DNA of 64,000 nt from an uncultured Verrucomicrobiae bacterium (GTDB lineage: Bacteria > Verrucomicrobiota > Verrucomicrobiia > Limisphaerales > Palsa-1400), in the NCBI GenBank assembly GCA_963764165.1, contig CAVXRD010000001.1:1024001-1088000 (forward strand). Reading direction: 5' to 3'. The stretch's first letter is position 1. Each line of letters opens with the position of its first letter. Below the pieces are notes generated by a model that was not told the DNA's origin, ran no database searches, and saw only the letters and a list, made by a program, of their open reading frames with translations. The position numbers and the translations under genes were made by a program. Positions 38,922 to 48,640 of this stretch are shown here, one piece after another.

Positions 38922-41900
38922 CTACGGACAGCGGATAATATAAAAGCACTGGTTCTCGGTCGCTGGCGAGTCAATGAACCGAAGAATACCAGGTGAACTG
39001 CCGGAGACCGTTCCTCGCACGGTCCATTGAGGCATGGGCAACGATAAATTTGTGGAGGCAAGAATGGTGAATGGCAGAGGATTAGCGTTGTTGTTGGTAA
39101 AATCGACCTCAAACGCCCCGTTCGCGTGGACGGTGGAATTGATAAATAGAGGAGGGATCACCTCCGTGACTTGTGAAACGGGGACTGATACCCCAAGAAG
39201 CGAGATGTGCGCGGTGCGATTGGAGGTCGTGGCGGAAAAACGGAAGCTGACAACGCCGTTCGTGACTCCGGTAAGGGATAACCAAGCTTGGTCGCTGGTT
39301 GGCGCAAACGGAGCGGATAGGTTTTCGTTGAGCGGGATAACGGGCGGCAGCGCGCCAGCGCCAGCAGCCGCTCCTTCGTATATGGGTGTCATGTCGACGA
39401 ATGCCCGAGGCGCCTCGAAAATCGTCTGGCTTGTGGCGGAGCCGTAATAGATGTTTCCCAAAGCGTCCACTGACACTCCGAATGGATGCCCCGCGTTGGC
39501 AATCACGGTCGTTACAGCATTATCAGCCGCAGTCCAAATCTTGATCGAGTTATTTCCTGTATCAGCAAGATAAACATTGCCTGCGCCATCAACGGCCAAT
39601 CCAGACGGGGAATTCAAGTTTGATCCGGTGATCGCCGCCGCGTCGCTCCTTATGGGAACATTATTGGTGGCGACATTTACGGCAAGGCAGTTGTTTGCGT
39701 CATCCGAATAGTAGACGTCGCCCGCAACATCAACTGCAAGGCCGCCCGCAACAACGCCAAAAAGCAGATTGCTGAAGTTAGTGGCCGCATCAAGCTCGGC
39801 AATGAGACAAGTGCCCGCGCTCGTGGCTTCCGCATAGTAGACATCGCCGAGAGAATTTACTGCTATCGCGGCAGGGGTCAGTGAACCAGTTGAAGCGAGC
39901 GTGATGAGCTGATTGCTGGACCATTCTTCGACGGCTTGGTTGACAATGTCCGCGATGTAGACATTTCCGGCCCCATCGGTTGCCAGCGCCCCCGGGAAAC
40001 CCAAGCCGGAGGATTCGCCCGCGACAAGAGTGACCGTATTGTTGACTGCCAGCCATTCACAAAGATTTCCTTGCTCGCCATAATTGGAAATCCAAATGTT
40101 CCCACACTTGTCCACCGCGAAGCCGTAGGGATACTGCAATCCTGAAACAATGGCCACGGCCGGAGTCTGAGACGGGACATATGAAGACGCGGCTTGGGTG
40201 ACCGTCAGCACTTGGCCGGCAATGCAAATGGTCCCAGTGCGGGTCGGACCCGAATTGGTGTCGAATGAATAGCCGATCACCGAATTGCCAATGCCGCTGG
40301 CAGCACCCGCGGTCAAATGCAGCCACGGCGCATTGGCGGTTGCGTTCCAAGTGCCACTTGTCGCCAGCATAACTGAGCTGGCGCCAGGGGCTGGTCCTTG
40401 GTAAGAATTCGTGGCGCTCAGCGCAGTCCCCGTCTGAACGACGACAAAACTCTGCCCGTTAATTGTCACGACGGCGCTCCGTGGCGGGCCGCTATTGGAC
40501 TGAAAAGCAAAAGCCACCGGAGAACTGCCCGAGCCGCTGTTATTCGCAAAGGAGAGCCAGGGCGCGTTGCATGACACGGACCAGGATGGATCCACACTTG
40601 GGCTGACGATGAAAAATACGCTATCGCCACCCGCTTCCGCCGGTTCGGACAGTGTGGTCACATTTACAAAATAGTCCGCCTGAGAAACGGGGACAGCCAG
40701 TCCAAGCACGAAGATATTGCCAGTGCGATTTGAAGTGGAGGAAGAGAACGAATAACTGATGACGCCGTTGGACACGCTTGAAACGGCCAGCCAAGGCTGA
40801 TCGGCCCCCGGAGCAAACGGCGCCACCAAATCGGCATTGGTCGGCAAAATTGGCGGAAGCGTGGCACCCCCTGCGGTGATGGGTTCCGTGATCGGGGCCA
40901 TATTTGCAAAAGCGCGGGGAATCTCCACAACTCCTCCGATCGGATAGCCAAGCACGCCGTACGATTCCGGTGTGGCAAAAATATTTCCCGCGCCATCCAC
41001 CGAAGGTTTGCCACTGTAAATTACCGAATTAAAGGCGTTGGCGGTTGATGAGGAAGAATTCACAAGTGTGATTGCGCCCGTCGCAGCAGACCATTCGCTG
41101 ATGTCAATAACATGAAAAGTGCCGAACTCGGTCCAGCCCTGGGTCATCGGGTAAACATTGCCGCGCCCGTCGACCGCCAAACCAGTCAGCAAAAGGCCCG
41201 AAGACGGCATCGAAAACAACGGCGCCATCACCCCGCTGGAAGGCGACCACTTGAAAACCGCGTTCAGCCCGGCGTCGGCCAGGTAAAGATTCCCCGCAAC
41301 GTCGGCAGCAATGCCGACAAGATCGGTCAGGCCCGGCGAATTTACCGCCGTCAGCGCGTTGCTCTCGGCGTTCCACTCCTCGACGCTATTCCCGGAGGAG
41401 ACAAAGACATTTCCGGCGCCGTCAACAGTCAAATCGGTTGGCGTTCCAATCCCCGATTCAAATAACAAGGTCGGCGAAGAGTCACCCTGGTTCCATTTGT
41501 TGACAACGATCGCATCCGCCTGATCCCACTCCTGCGAAGTAAAATAGAGAGTGTTGGATGGGCCGATGGCAAAAGCCAGCGGACCCCAGACTTCAAAAAG
41601 GTAGGCGGGCGAATTTGTGGCGGATTCATTGTTCATGACGCTAATCTCCGCGCCATCGTTGATATAGAGATTGCCGTTGCCGGCCGACACCACCTCGGCG
41701 ATGCCACCAAGCGAACCGGAAACTCCCCAACAAAGCTGAATGGGATGGCTGGGCGCCCGAACGTAGTTTTTGCCACCCTGTGTGACGACCACGGTAAGAT
41801 CGTCAATCGTCAACGTTCCGACGCGAGTGTCTCCAGGGTTGTCATCGAAAGCAAACACCACATTGCCGCTGCCAGTGCCAGCAACGTTGGTTGTGGAAAT

Positions 41901-42233
41901 ATGCAGCCACGACGCATTGGCACTGGCCGTCCATGACGGCGAGTCGGACGCGACCACCAGCACCACGCTGTCGCTTCCAGCGGCTGGCCCCTCCACGACA
42001 TTGGTTACTCCCAAGAATTGAGCCTGCAAAAACAGCGGGAAGCCAAGTATGAAAAGCGCAGCACATAGCCAGCGCGCCAGCCTGGACCCATTGTCGGGCG
42101 CGCGACGATTTCCCGACAAATCTGCTCTGAGATTTAAAAATTGGGACCGCCGCTCCGTTGACTGCTCTTGAAAAATTATCATCGGAAAAGCCACTTTGGC
42201 GCGGCTTGCTTCAAATATTAAGTTGCCTATCAC
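38922..42233 (-). CDS. Secreted protein with duplicated BACON + NHL beta-propeller modules (start uncertain)
   Basis: WTASANASWLH..GTGSG..F..N.G..R.GT (BACON) several times; AVDGAGNVY.AD NHL repeats; C-terminal ASTNLSLP..W...FY domain. Confidence 0.8.
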   Translation of the reverse strand: MIGNLIFEASRAKVAFPMIIFQEQSTERRSQFLNLRADLSGNRRAPDNGSRLARWLCAALFILGFPLFLQAQFLGVTNVVEGPAAGSDSVVLVVASDSPSWTASANASWLHISTTNVAGTGSGNVVFAFDDNPGDTRVGTLTIDDLTVVVTQGGKNYVRAPSHPIQLCWGVSGSLGGIAEVVSAGNGNLYINDGAEISVMNNESATNSPAYLFEVWGPLAFAIGPSNTLYFTSQEWDQADAIVVNKWNQGDSSPTLLFESGIGTPTDLTVDGAGNVFVSSGNSVEEWNAESNALTAVNSPGLTDLVGIAADVAGNLYLADAGLNAVFKWSPSSGVMAPLFSMPSSGLLLTGLAVDGRGNVYPMTQGWTEFGTFHVIDISEWSAATGAITLVNSSSSTANAFNSVIYSGKPSVDGAGNIFATPESYGVLGYPIGGVVEIPRAFANMAPITEPITAGGATLPPILPTNADLVAPFAPGADQPWLAVSSVSNGVISYSFSSSTSNRTGNIFVLGLAVPVSQADYFVNVTTLSEPAEAGGDSVFFIVSPSVDPSWSVSCNAPWLSFANNSGSGSSPVAFAFQSNSGPPRSAVVTINGQSFVVVQTGTALSATNSYQGPAPGASSVMLATSGTWNATANAPWLHLTAGAASGIGNSVIGYSFDTNSGPTRTGTICIAGQVLTVTQAASSYVPSQTPAVAIVSGLQYPYGFAVDKCGNIWISNYGEQGNLCEWLAVNNTVTLVAGESSGLGFPGALATDGAGNVYIADIVNQAVEEWSSNQLITLASTGSLTPAAIAVNSLGDVYYAEATSAGTCLIAELDAATNFSNLLFGVVAGGLAVDVAGDVYYSDDANNCLAVNVATNNVPIRSDAAAITGSNLNSPSGLAVDGAGNVYLADTGNNSIKIWTAADNAVTTVIANAGHPFGVSVDALGNIYYGSATSQTIFEAPRAFVDMTPIYEGAAAGAGALPPVIPLNENLSAPFAPTSDQAWLSLTGVTNGVVSFRFSATTSNRTAHISLLGVSVPVSQVTEVIPPLFINSTVHANGAFEVDFTNNNANPLPFTILASTNLSLPMPQWTVRGTVSGSSPGILRFIDSPATENQCFYIIRCP

Positions 42234-43999
42234 TTCTTCAATTGCGCTGGAACAAATTCCTCCATGACCGCTTTGCGGAGAAGTTTCGGCGGGACCAGAC
42301 CTTGGGCGAGCACGAAATCATTGAACGCCATGCGATCGAATTTCCCCCGCAACGCCACTTGGGCGGCCTGGCGGGTTTCCATGATGCGCTGATAGCCGTA
42401 GAAATAAGAAGTCGCCTGGCCCGGTCCGCGAAAGATGTAACGCTGCATTTCCTGCGTCGACATTCCTTCGGACAAACCAACCTCTTCCATCAGGAACGAC
42501 TTGACCTCCTCGGGTGTGATTTGACCGAGGTTGACCATCGGATCAAGGAAGGCGCGGGCCGCGCGCTGCATGCGCGCTTGCAAGGCGAAAAGCTGGCCAT
42601 CGAGCGGTTCGTAAACTTGCATTTCGGCCTCCGCATACAGCGCCCATCCCTCGACGTTGACGCTGTTGAACGCAAAAATCGCCCGCGCCGTGGAAACGCC
42701 GGCTTCCATCATCTTCGCAAATTGAAGCTCGTGGCCGGGTCGCGCCTCATGCGCCGTCAAGGTCCAGGTCATGCCCGAATGCGAGAAATCATCGAACATC
42801 AACGCCTTTCCGGTCGGATCCGGCGGCATGCCGGTGGTCAGGACGAATTCGCCATACTCGCCCGTGTTGCCAATCAGGCGGGGCGGATTCATGTGCGGCG
42901 CCGGCTGCTGGGCATTCTCGGCCTCGGAAGCCAGGCGGATCACCGCTTTTCGATCCGGCAGGGTAACGACACGGTTGACTCGAATCGCCTCTTCAATTTT
43001 CCCAAGCCGTTCGCGGTAAAGCGCCATCACCTCGTCCTTGGGAATCTGCTGTTTCTTCAACTCTTTAATAACCGCGAGATAGCCGGGGTCGGGCAGTCCG
43101 CGTTCTTTCGCAATCAATCCAGCCGTGATATTCATCTGGTTCCGAATTTCCGCGAATGAGGTCAGAGCCTTCGAAATCAGCTCCTCGGGGGAAATATCAA
43201 CGCCGAATTGATGCAGATTATCGGCATAGACTTCCGGTGGCAGCCGGTGGTCGGTTCGCGCGCGCGGAAGGATTTCCGTTTTCACCCACGCGTTGTAATT
43301 TGTGAGCTGCTGTTCCAGCGCGCCATAGGATTTCTCCCAGCCTTTGACTTCGCTCTTGGCCAGCAACTCCTTGATGCCCTTGAGCAGCGTCGGCCCGTCG
43401 TTCAATGCTTGCTCCACTTCGCCCTTGAACGGGGCAATCAGGCCAGGATTGGATTTAATGCGCTCCATGGTGCGGTCTTTGGCCAGGTCGGCAATTGGAT
43501 GGAAGCCGTTGGTCAAGCCCGCGTATTTTTCCAGCCGCGCCACCAGTAGCTGCTGGCGATCCTTCGGAATGCGCGGGTCGAGCGTTTGCTGCGCGACGTT
43601 GTAAATCATCGAAATGACGTTCACGAACGGAATGAAATATTTCCGGTCCAACGCGCGGGAGCGAAGGTCGTCCTGGGCGGCGGTGATCAGAATTTCCATA
43701 TCTTGTTTCACCCTCGGATCGGTTTCGACGGCCAACCGCTTTTGCAGTTCCACAATGGCCGCCTCCGCGTCCGCCTTTTGAAATTCAAACTGGTCGCGTG
43801 ATAGGTCCGTGATCTGGTCGTCAAAGCCATCGACGCCGAGCTGGCTGGCGCCTTCGGGAGCGTATTTGGCCATAATCTGGAGCAACATTTGGGCGTTCGT
43901 GTTGCTCAGTGAAACCCAGGCGGGTTCGGCCCCTGCTGCGGAAGATAGAAACGAGCACAGCCAGACGGCCCACAGCCCTGCAATGGTTTTGCATTTCAT
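42230..43999 (-). CDS. DUF885 family exported protein (putative metallopeptidase)
   Basis: Signal peptide; AHEARPGHELQ, VEGWALYAE, PGQATSYFYG. Confidence 0.9.
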   Translation of the reverse strand: MKCKTIAGLWAVWLCSFLSSAAGAEPAWVSLSNTNAQMLLQIMAKYAPEGASQLGVDGFDDQITDLSRDQFEFQKADAEAAIVELQKRLAVETDPRVKQDMEILITAAQDDLRSRALDRKYFIPFVNVISMIYNVAQQTLDPRIPKDRQQLLVARLEKYAGLTNGFHPIADLAKDRTMERIKSNPGLIAPFKGEVEQALNDGPTLLKGIKELLAKSEVKGWEKSYGALEQQLTNYNAWVKTEILPRARTDHRLPPEVYADNLHQFGVDISPEELISKALTSFAEIRNQMNITAGLIAKERGLPDPGYLAVIKELKKQQIPKDEVMALYRERLGKIEEAIRVNRVVTLPDRKAVIRLASEAENAQQPAPHMNPPRLIGNTGEYGEFVLTTGMPPDPTGKALMFDDFSHSGMTWTLTAHEARPGHELQFAKMMEAGVSTARAIFAFNSVNVEGWALYAEAEMQVYEPLDGQLFALQARMQRAARAFLDPMVNLGQITPEEVKSFLMEEVGLSEGMSTQEMQRYIFRGPGQATSYFYGYQRIMETRQAAQVALRGKFDRMAFNDFVLAQGLVPPKLLRKAVMEEFVPAQLKK

Positions 44000-44117
44000 G
44001 GGCGAATACTGCCCATAAGCCCGCCCATGCAAAAGAAAAATTGAGAGCTGCGATGACGTCGCCAAAATGCGATTGCAAATCAACGCCGGTCAGCGGATAA
44101 ACTCATCACAGAGAACA

Positions 44118-44606
44118 ATGAGCAGCTTTGAGAGCGTCACAATTAGGGAAGTCGAGCCTTCCGATCTTGAAATTTTCTATGAGCATCAACTCGACCCGGA
44201 AGCGATTAGGATGGCCGCATTCGTCTCTAAAGACCGAAAGAACAAGGCAGCTTTCGACGCCCATTGGGATAAAATTTTGAATTTGCCGCGAGTCACAAAC
44301 CGGACGATTGTCGCCGAGGGGCAAGTCGCTGGCTACATAGCGTGCTATCCGCATGGAGAAAACATGGAAGTCACCTATTGGCTTGGACGCGAGTTCTGGG
44401 GAAAAGGATTAGCGACTCTAGCGCTCGCCCAAATGCTCCACCTTATTCCAGATCGGCCGATAACCGCCCGGGCAGCGACCGACAACATCGGGTCGATAAG
44501 AGTTCTGCAGAAATGCGGTTTTAAAATAATCGGCACGGACACCGGTTTCGCCGATGGCAGAGGCGAAGAGACGGAAGAATACCTGCTGCGCTTGGATCAC
44601 AGTTAA
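44118..44606 (+). CDS. GNAT N-acetyltransferase (RimJ/RimL-like)
   Basis: EVTYWLGREFWGKGLAT, DNIGSIRVLQKCGF. Confidence 0.9.
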   Translation: MSSFESVTIREVEPSDLEIFYEHQLDPEAIRMAAFVSKDRKNKAAFDAHWDKILNLPRVTNRTIVAEGQVAGYIACYPHGENMEVTYWLGREFWGKGLATLALAQMLHLIPDRPITARAATDNIGSIRVLQKCGFKIIGTDTGFADGRGEETEEYLLRLDHS

Positions 44607-44729
44607 AGATACTTCGGGATCCATTGGCCAATGGCATAGCGTAGGAAATCACGCAGAATGGCGGGCCTGTGCGTTGCTTGGCGACACTGCGAACGGAAGC
44701 GGGACGCTTCCGCCACTTCTTGGCGCTGG

Positions 44730-45312
44730 CGTCGTTTCTGGGATTGGCAACACTCGATTCAAATGTTCCCACCCTTGTCGTGCCAAACGGGCTTGAAGCG
44801 CGGGAGGGCACCGGCTCCTCCGGCATTTTAAACCAGGCCGGCCGCGGGCAAACCGTGTGTATGCCTCGACTAATTATCCCAGCCGACGAATTGGCCGAAC
44901 GCGCAGCAACTCGTGATAGATGCTGTTTTTGAATCCCTCATGCCGCTTTATTGCGCACTGCCGGAAAATTCAGGAGTCGGGTGCGTGACAACCAATGTTC
45001 AATGGAACATTGATGCTTATGACACCAATGGAAATCCGAAAATCTCCGGCTGCGCCGCCAGCGGCTGCCAGGATCATTCCTGTGGTGAAACCAAACCCGG
45101 AATGACACCGCCCCCCTTTGACGATTACGCCTTCAACCACCAACGTCGGCCTTTCCTGGCCCAGCGATGCTTCGGGTTTCATTCTGGAGGCCAGTTCTAA
45201 TTTGGCGAATTGGTACGCCATTACGCCTCCGGCCACCACGAACGGAGGCCAGATATCCGTCCAAATACCAGCGTCCGCCGAGCGTCCTTTTTACCGGCTT
45301 CACCACAACTAG
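44730..45312 (+). pseudogene. Fragmented remnant of a secreted protein gene
   Basis: Pieces in different frames (TLVVPNGLEAREG..; TNVQWNIDAYDTNG..TPPP; LTITPSTTNVGLSWPSDASGFILEASSNLANW...PFYRLHHN*), with a frameshift near the C-run at ~45108-45117. Confidence 0.55.
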
Positions 45313-45388
45313 TCGCCGCGCGGTCAGACAATTCCCCGACCCCTCTTTACAAGAGCACGCCTGAAAAAAGCGGTGTATCGTGAGTCAT

Positions 45389-45568
45389 ATGAAAGAAAGC
45401 ACAAAAGATCAGGCGGCTGGCAAAGCCCACGAAATCAAAGGCGGCTTCAAAAAAGAAGTCGGCAAAGCGATGAATCGCCCCGACATCGCCAACGAAGGCG
45501 CTGACGAACAAGCAGCCGGCAAAGTCCGCCGCAAGGTGGGCGAGGTCGAAAAAGTTTTCGGCCAATAG
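45389..45568 (+). CDS. CsbD family stress protein
   Basis: MKESTKDQAAGKAHEIKG..KKEVGKA......EG..EQ.AGKV. Confidence 0.9.
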   Translation: MKESTKDQAAGKAHEIKGGFKKEVGKAMNRPDIANEGADEQAAGKVRRKVGEVEKVFGQ

Positions 45569-45725
45569 CCGAGCTACGCGGATCCTGAGTTGGTCGCATC
45601 CCATCTCAGGAGTCAGCTGTTGGATGATCGAAGACTTGCATGGCGCAGGCAGAAGCGTAGCGGGTGGATAATGCCAACCGCGAAATCAGCGGAGCGGAGA
45701 AAGAGACCGATCCGCGGCGCCTGCA

Positions 45726-45947
45726 TGGATAGCGATTCTCGCGAACGAAGCTTTGAAGCTCCCTCCAATGGAGCGGGCGCAGATTATTGACGCGTTGTGG
45801 AGGAGCCTTGACCCTGTCGAACAGAATGCCATTGACAAGGCTTGGCTGCTCGAATCACAAAATCGTCTCGCTGCCTTTCGCGCGGGGCAAGTTACGGCCG
45901 TCGAAGGCGAAGAGGCGTTACGGGACATGGAAGACGAATTAAGCTAA
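45726..45947 (+). pseudogene. Addiction-module antitoxin, probably frameshifted at the 5' end
   Basis: ILANEALKLPPMERAQIIDALWRSLD....IDKAW..E...R...FRAG; the ATG at 45726 is out of frame. Confidence 0.7.
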
Positions 45948-46030
45948 TAGAAGGTCCGGCTTTTGCGGCCGGCGTGGCAGGAATTGCGGGAAGCCATGAA
46001 GTATTACGAAGACAGTGTTCCGGGCTGCTA
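45947..46030 (+). pseudogene. RelE/ParE-like toxin N-terminal remnant
   Basis: KVRLLRPAWQELREAMKYYEDSVPG right after the antitoxin stop. The start is damaged (ATAGAAG) and similarity is lost where REP-like repeats begin (~46040). Confidence 0.6.
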
Positions 46031-46349
46031 TCCAAGCCAAACTCTGCGTCCTCCGCGCCTCTGCGCGCGATGGCGTTGAATGGCGCGATGAAACCAAATG
46101 CCAGAGGGAAAAAGCTTTCGCGCAGAGAAGAAGAGGGCGCAGAGAACACAGATACAAATCCGCGCTCCGCTGAAAAACAGCCCGGACTCACATTCTTTTG
46201 GTTGCGGCTCTGCCGCGCTGTGCCTTCGCGTCTTTGCGTTGAATTCCTGCTTCCTTGTTATGGTGAGTCGGTGGGTGGATGATTCAACAAATACGCAGTG
46301 AAGCGCTAAGTGTGGAATCCGCCTTCGTCAAGACTGCGGCGCGGCAAGA

Positions 46350-46426
46350 TGGTCGGAGCGACAGGATTTGAACCTGCGACGTCTTGGTCCCAAACCAAGT
46401 GCTCTACCAGGCTGAGCTACGCTCCG
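46350..46426 (-). tRNA. tRNA-Pro (TGG)
   Basis: CGGAGCGTAGCTCAGCCTGGTAGAGCACTTGGTTTGGGACCAAGACGTCGCAGGTTCAAATCCTGTCGCTCCGACCA; cloverleaf with encoded CCA. Confidence 0.97.
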
Positions 46427-46525
46427 ATTTGTTGATGTTCAAGCACTTGCACAACATTTCGCGGGTGCCACAAAGTAACTTGTAACCCGCACTTGTCACC
46501 CGGCAATTTTCTGCTATGTTGTTGT

Positions 46526-48016
46526 ATGAATGCAACAACGCATGAGAATGCCCAGACGAATGGGCATCCTGTCTTCCACAATGTGGGCGAAAATCTGTAC
46601 CGGCTCGAATCATCGGGAGGATACTACGCACTAATTAAGAAGGGGGGCAAGCAGTTTCGCCGCTCGCTCAAAACAAAGGACCGAAAGCTGGCGGAACGGA
46701 AGTTGAAGGAACTCAAAGAAAAAATGGGTGTGTTGCGCGTGACACAAGACCCGCACGGTGATTTCAATAGCATGGCCCATCGTTGGCTTGACTCACGTAT
46801 GCACAGGCTGGCGGAAAGCACGGCGGAGTGGTACGGATACCTCATCAAGAACCTCGCCGAGTTTTTTGGGGCGACTTCGATTCGGAACATCACCGCTGAC
46901 GATTGCGAGGGGTGGGCCAAAGCGCGAAGGGGCACCGCCGGCACCAAAGCCTTCGTCAGCGAACTCGACACAATGAACGCCGTTTTCCAATACGCCATTC
47001 GCCACGGGATCATTCTTACGAATCCCGCAGCCCACATTGAACGCCCCACGGTTCGCCAGCCAAAAATACAAGTTCCAAGTTTGGGCGAATTCCAAAAAAT
47101 CGTCGCAACGATTCGTCAGGCTGATGATCGCAAGGACAGCCAGAAGAAAACAAAAGCTGGCGCCGACCTCATTGAGATTCTCGCCTATTCCGGCGCTCGC
47201 GTCGCTGAAATCACCGGTGGAAGGAAAAAGAAAAATCCCTTAATTTGGTCGCATGTGAATTTTGAAAACAACACAGTTTATCTTCCGGGAACCAAGACAG
47301 AATCAAGCCCTCGCTGGATTCCGATGCCCCACGAACTGCGGGCGTTTTTGGAGAAATTGAAAGCGGAACAAAACCCTGAGCCGAGTGCCGCGCTCATCCC
47401 TATTTCCAGCGCGCGAAAGTGCTTGGAAACTGCCTGCCGCAAACTCGGTTTCCCTCAATACACGCACCACGACTTCAGGCACTTCTTTGCGACGACCTGT
47501 ATCGAATCCGGCGTGGACATTCCGACCATCAGCCGTTGGCTCGGACATTGTGACGGTGGCGCGTTGGCGATGAAACGATATGGGCATCTCCGCCAGGAAC
47601 ACAGCCTCGCCATGAGCAAACGCGTCAGCTTCGACAAACCTGCCAATGTTATCCCAATGCCGGAAACTGCGAACAAACACGCCCAGGCGCAAACATCTGC
47701 AACTCCTGACGGAAGACGCGTCGTAGCCAAAGCCAAAGCGAAATATGGCTATGCTTGGTGGGTGTCACAGAATCCGCTTGAAGTGTTTTGGGGGCAAATC
47801 CATGAAGAAGTCTGGCTTGTGCCGCTTGAAAGATTGCTTGAGGCCGCGAAACAGGCAATGGGCCGTGAAGTGTTCCGTCAGGAAATCAATGACCGGGATG
47901 CCCTTATTGATGAATTCGTGGAAAGAGTCCCCGAATCGTCGCTCAACGAAGTTCTTGCTAAAATTTCTGCCCGTGACGAAAGCGGCCACGGAAAGGACCG
48001 CGAAGCAACCAAATGA
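46526..48016 (+). CDS. Tyrosine integrase with C-terminal extension
   Basis: YSGARVAEI (R), GTKT (K), HDFRH (HxxR), WLGH, KRYGH (Y); N-terminal RRSLKTKDRKLA arm region. Confidence 0.93.
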   Translation: MNATTHENAQTNGHPVFHNVGENLYRLESSGGYYALIKKGGKQFRRSLKTKDRKLAERKLKELKEKMGVLRVTQDPHGDFNSMAHRWLDSRMHRLAESTAEWYGYLIKNLAEFFGATSIRNITADDCEGWAKARRGTAGTKAFVSELDTMNAVFQYAIRHGIILTNPAAHIERPTVRQPKIQVPSLGEFQKIVATIRQADDRKDSQKKTKAGADLIEILAYSGARVAEITGGRKKKNPLIWSHVNFENNTVYLPGTKTESSPRWIPMPHELRAFLEKLKAEQNPEPSAALIPISSARKCLETACRKLGFPQYTHHDFRHFFATTCIESGVDIPTISRWLGHCDGGALAMKRYGHLRQEHSLAMSKRVSFDKPANVIPMPETANKHAQAQTSATPDGRRVVAKAKAKYGYAWWVSQNPLEVFWGQIHEEVWLVPLERLLEAAKQAMGREVFRQEINDRDALIDEFVERVPESSLNEVLAKISARDESGHGKDREATK

Positions 48017-48038
48017 TTTATCCGCATTGGCCGAACGG

Positions 48039-48287
48039 CTATGATGTCTCGCGCAAGAATCGGTCGAGATCATCTCTGGAATAGATTGGGTGGCGTAGTG
48101 CGCGGGAAGGATGGAGGAGGCCCCGCTTTGCCAATCGGTCAATCGTCACTGGGTTCACCCCCAAATACGTCGCGGCCTCGGCACGTTTGAATCCCTTTTT
48201 CTCGACAGAAACATTCGTTTCCGCGCCGTTGGTCTGACAATGGTGGGGGGCCTGTGGTTTAGTCAACTGTTCGTTTTGTTTGAGCAT
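48039..48287 (-). CDS. Excisionase-like helix-turn-helix protein
   Basis: AEAATYLGVNPVTIDRL..RGLL.P......YSRDDLDRFL; convergent with the integrase. Confidence 0.85.
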   Translation of the reverse strand: MLKQNEQLTKPQAPHHCQTNGAETNVSVEKKGFKRAEAATYLGVNPVTIDRLAKRGLLHPSRALRHPIYSRDDLDRFLRETS

Positions 48288-48640
48288 AAATCCTCCGATT
48301 TTTCAATCTCGATTGACTGAATCATGCCCTGCACGCCTTCCCACGCATCACCGTATTTTTCCGGCACCGGCATGACCCACTCGACGGCGCGTTCCTGAAA
48401 GCCAATGGCCAGAGAGCGCAGATTCCGGCCTGCAATCTTCACCTTATGATTGACGAACGAGAGCGCAATCGTGTCGCTTTCGTGGGCCGAGTCGAACTTG
48501 GCGACTTCCAAGTGGTGGTAAGGCAGCAGATAAAAACAAGTGGGCGTTACTTCCAACCGCAGGTTGTCCAGGGGGACGTGGTTGCCCATCACTTGACGGC
48601 TTAGGTGGTAACACTCTGGGCGTTCTTTGAATTCTCTCAT
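48263..48640 (-). CDS. Hypothetical protein translationally coupled to the relaxase
   Basis: 125-aa ORF overlapping the relaxase stop (4 nt) and the HTH start. Confidence 0.65.
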   Translation of the reverse strand: MREFKERPECYHLSRQVMGNHVPLDNLRLEVTPTCFYLLPYHHLEVAKFDSAHESDTIALSFVNHKVKIAGRNLRSLAIGFQERAVEWVMPVPEKYGDAWEGVQGMIQSIEIEKSEDLCSNKTNS

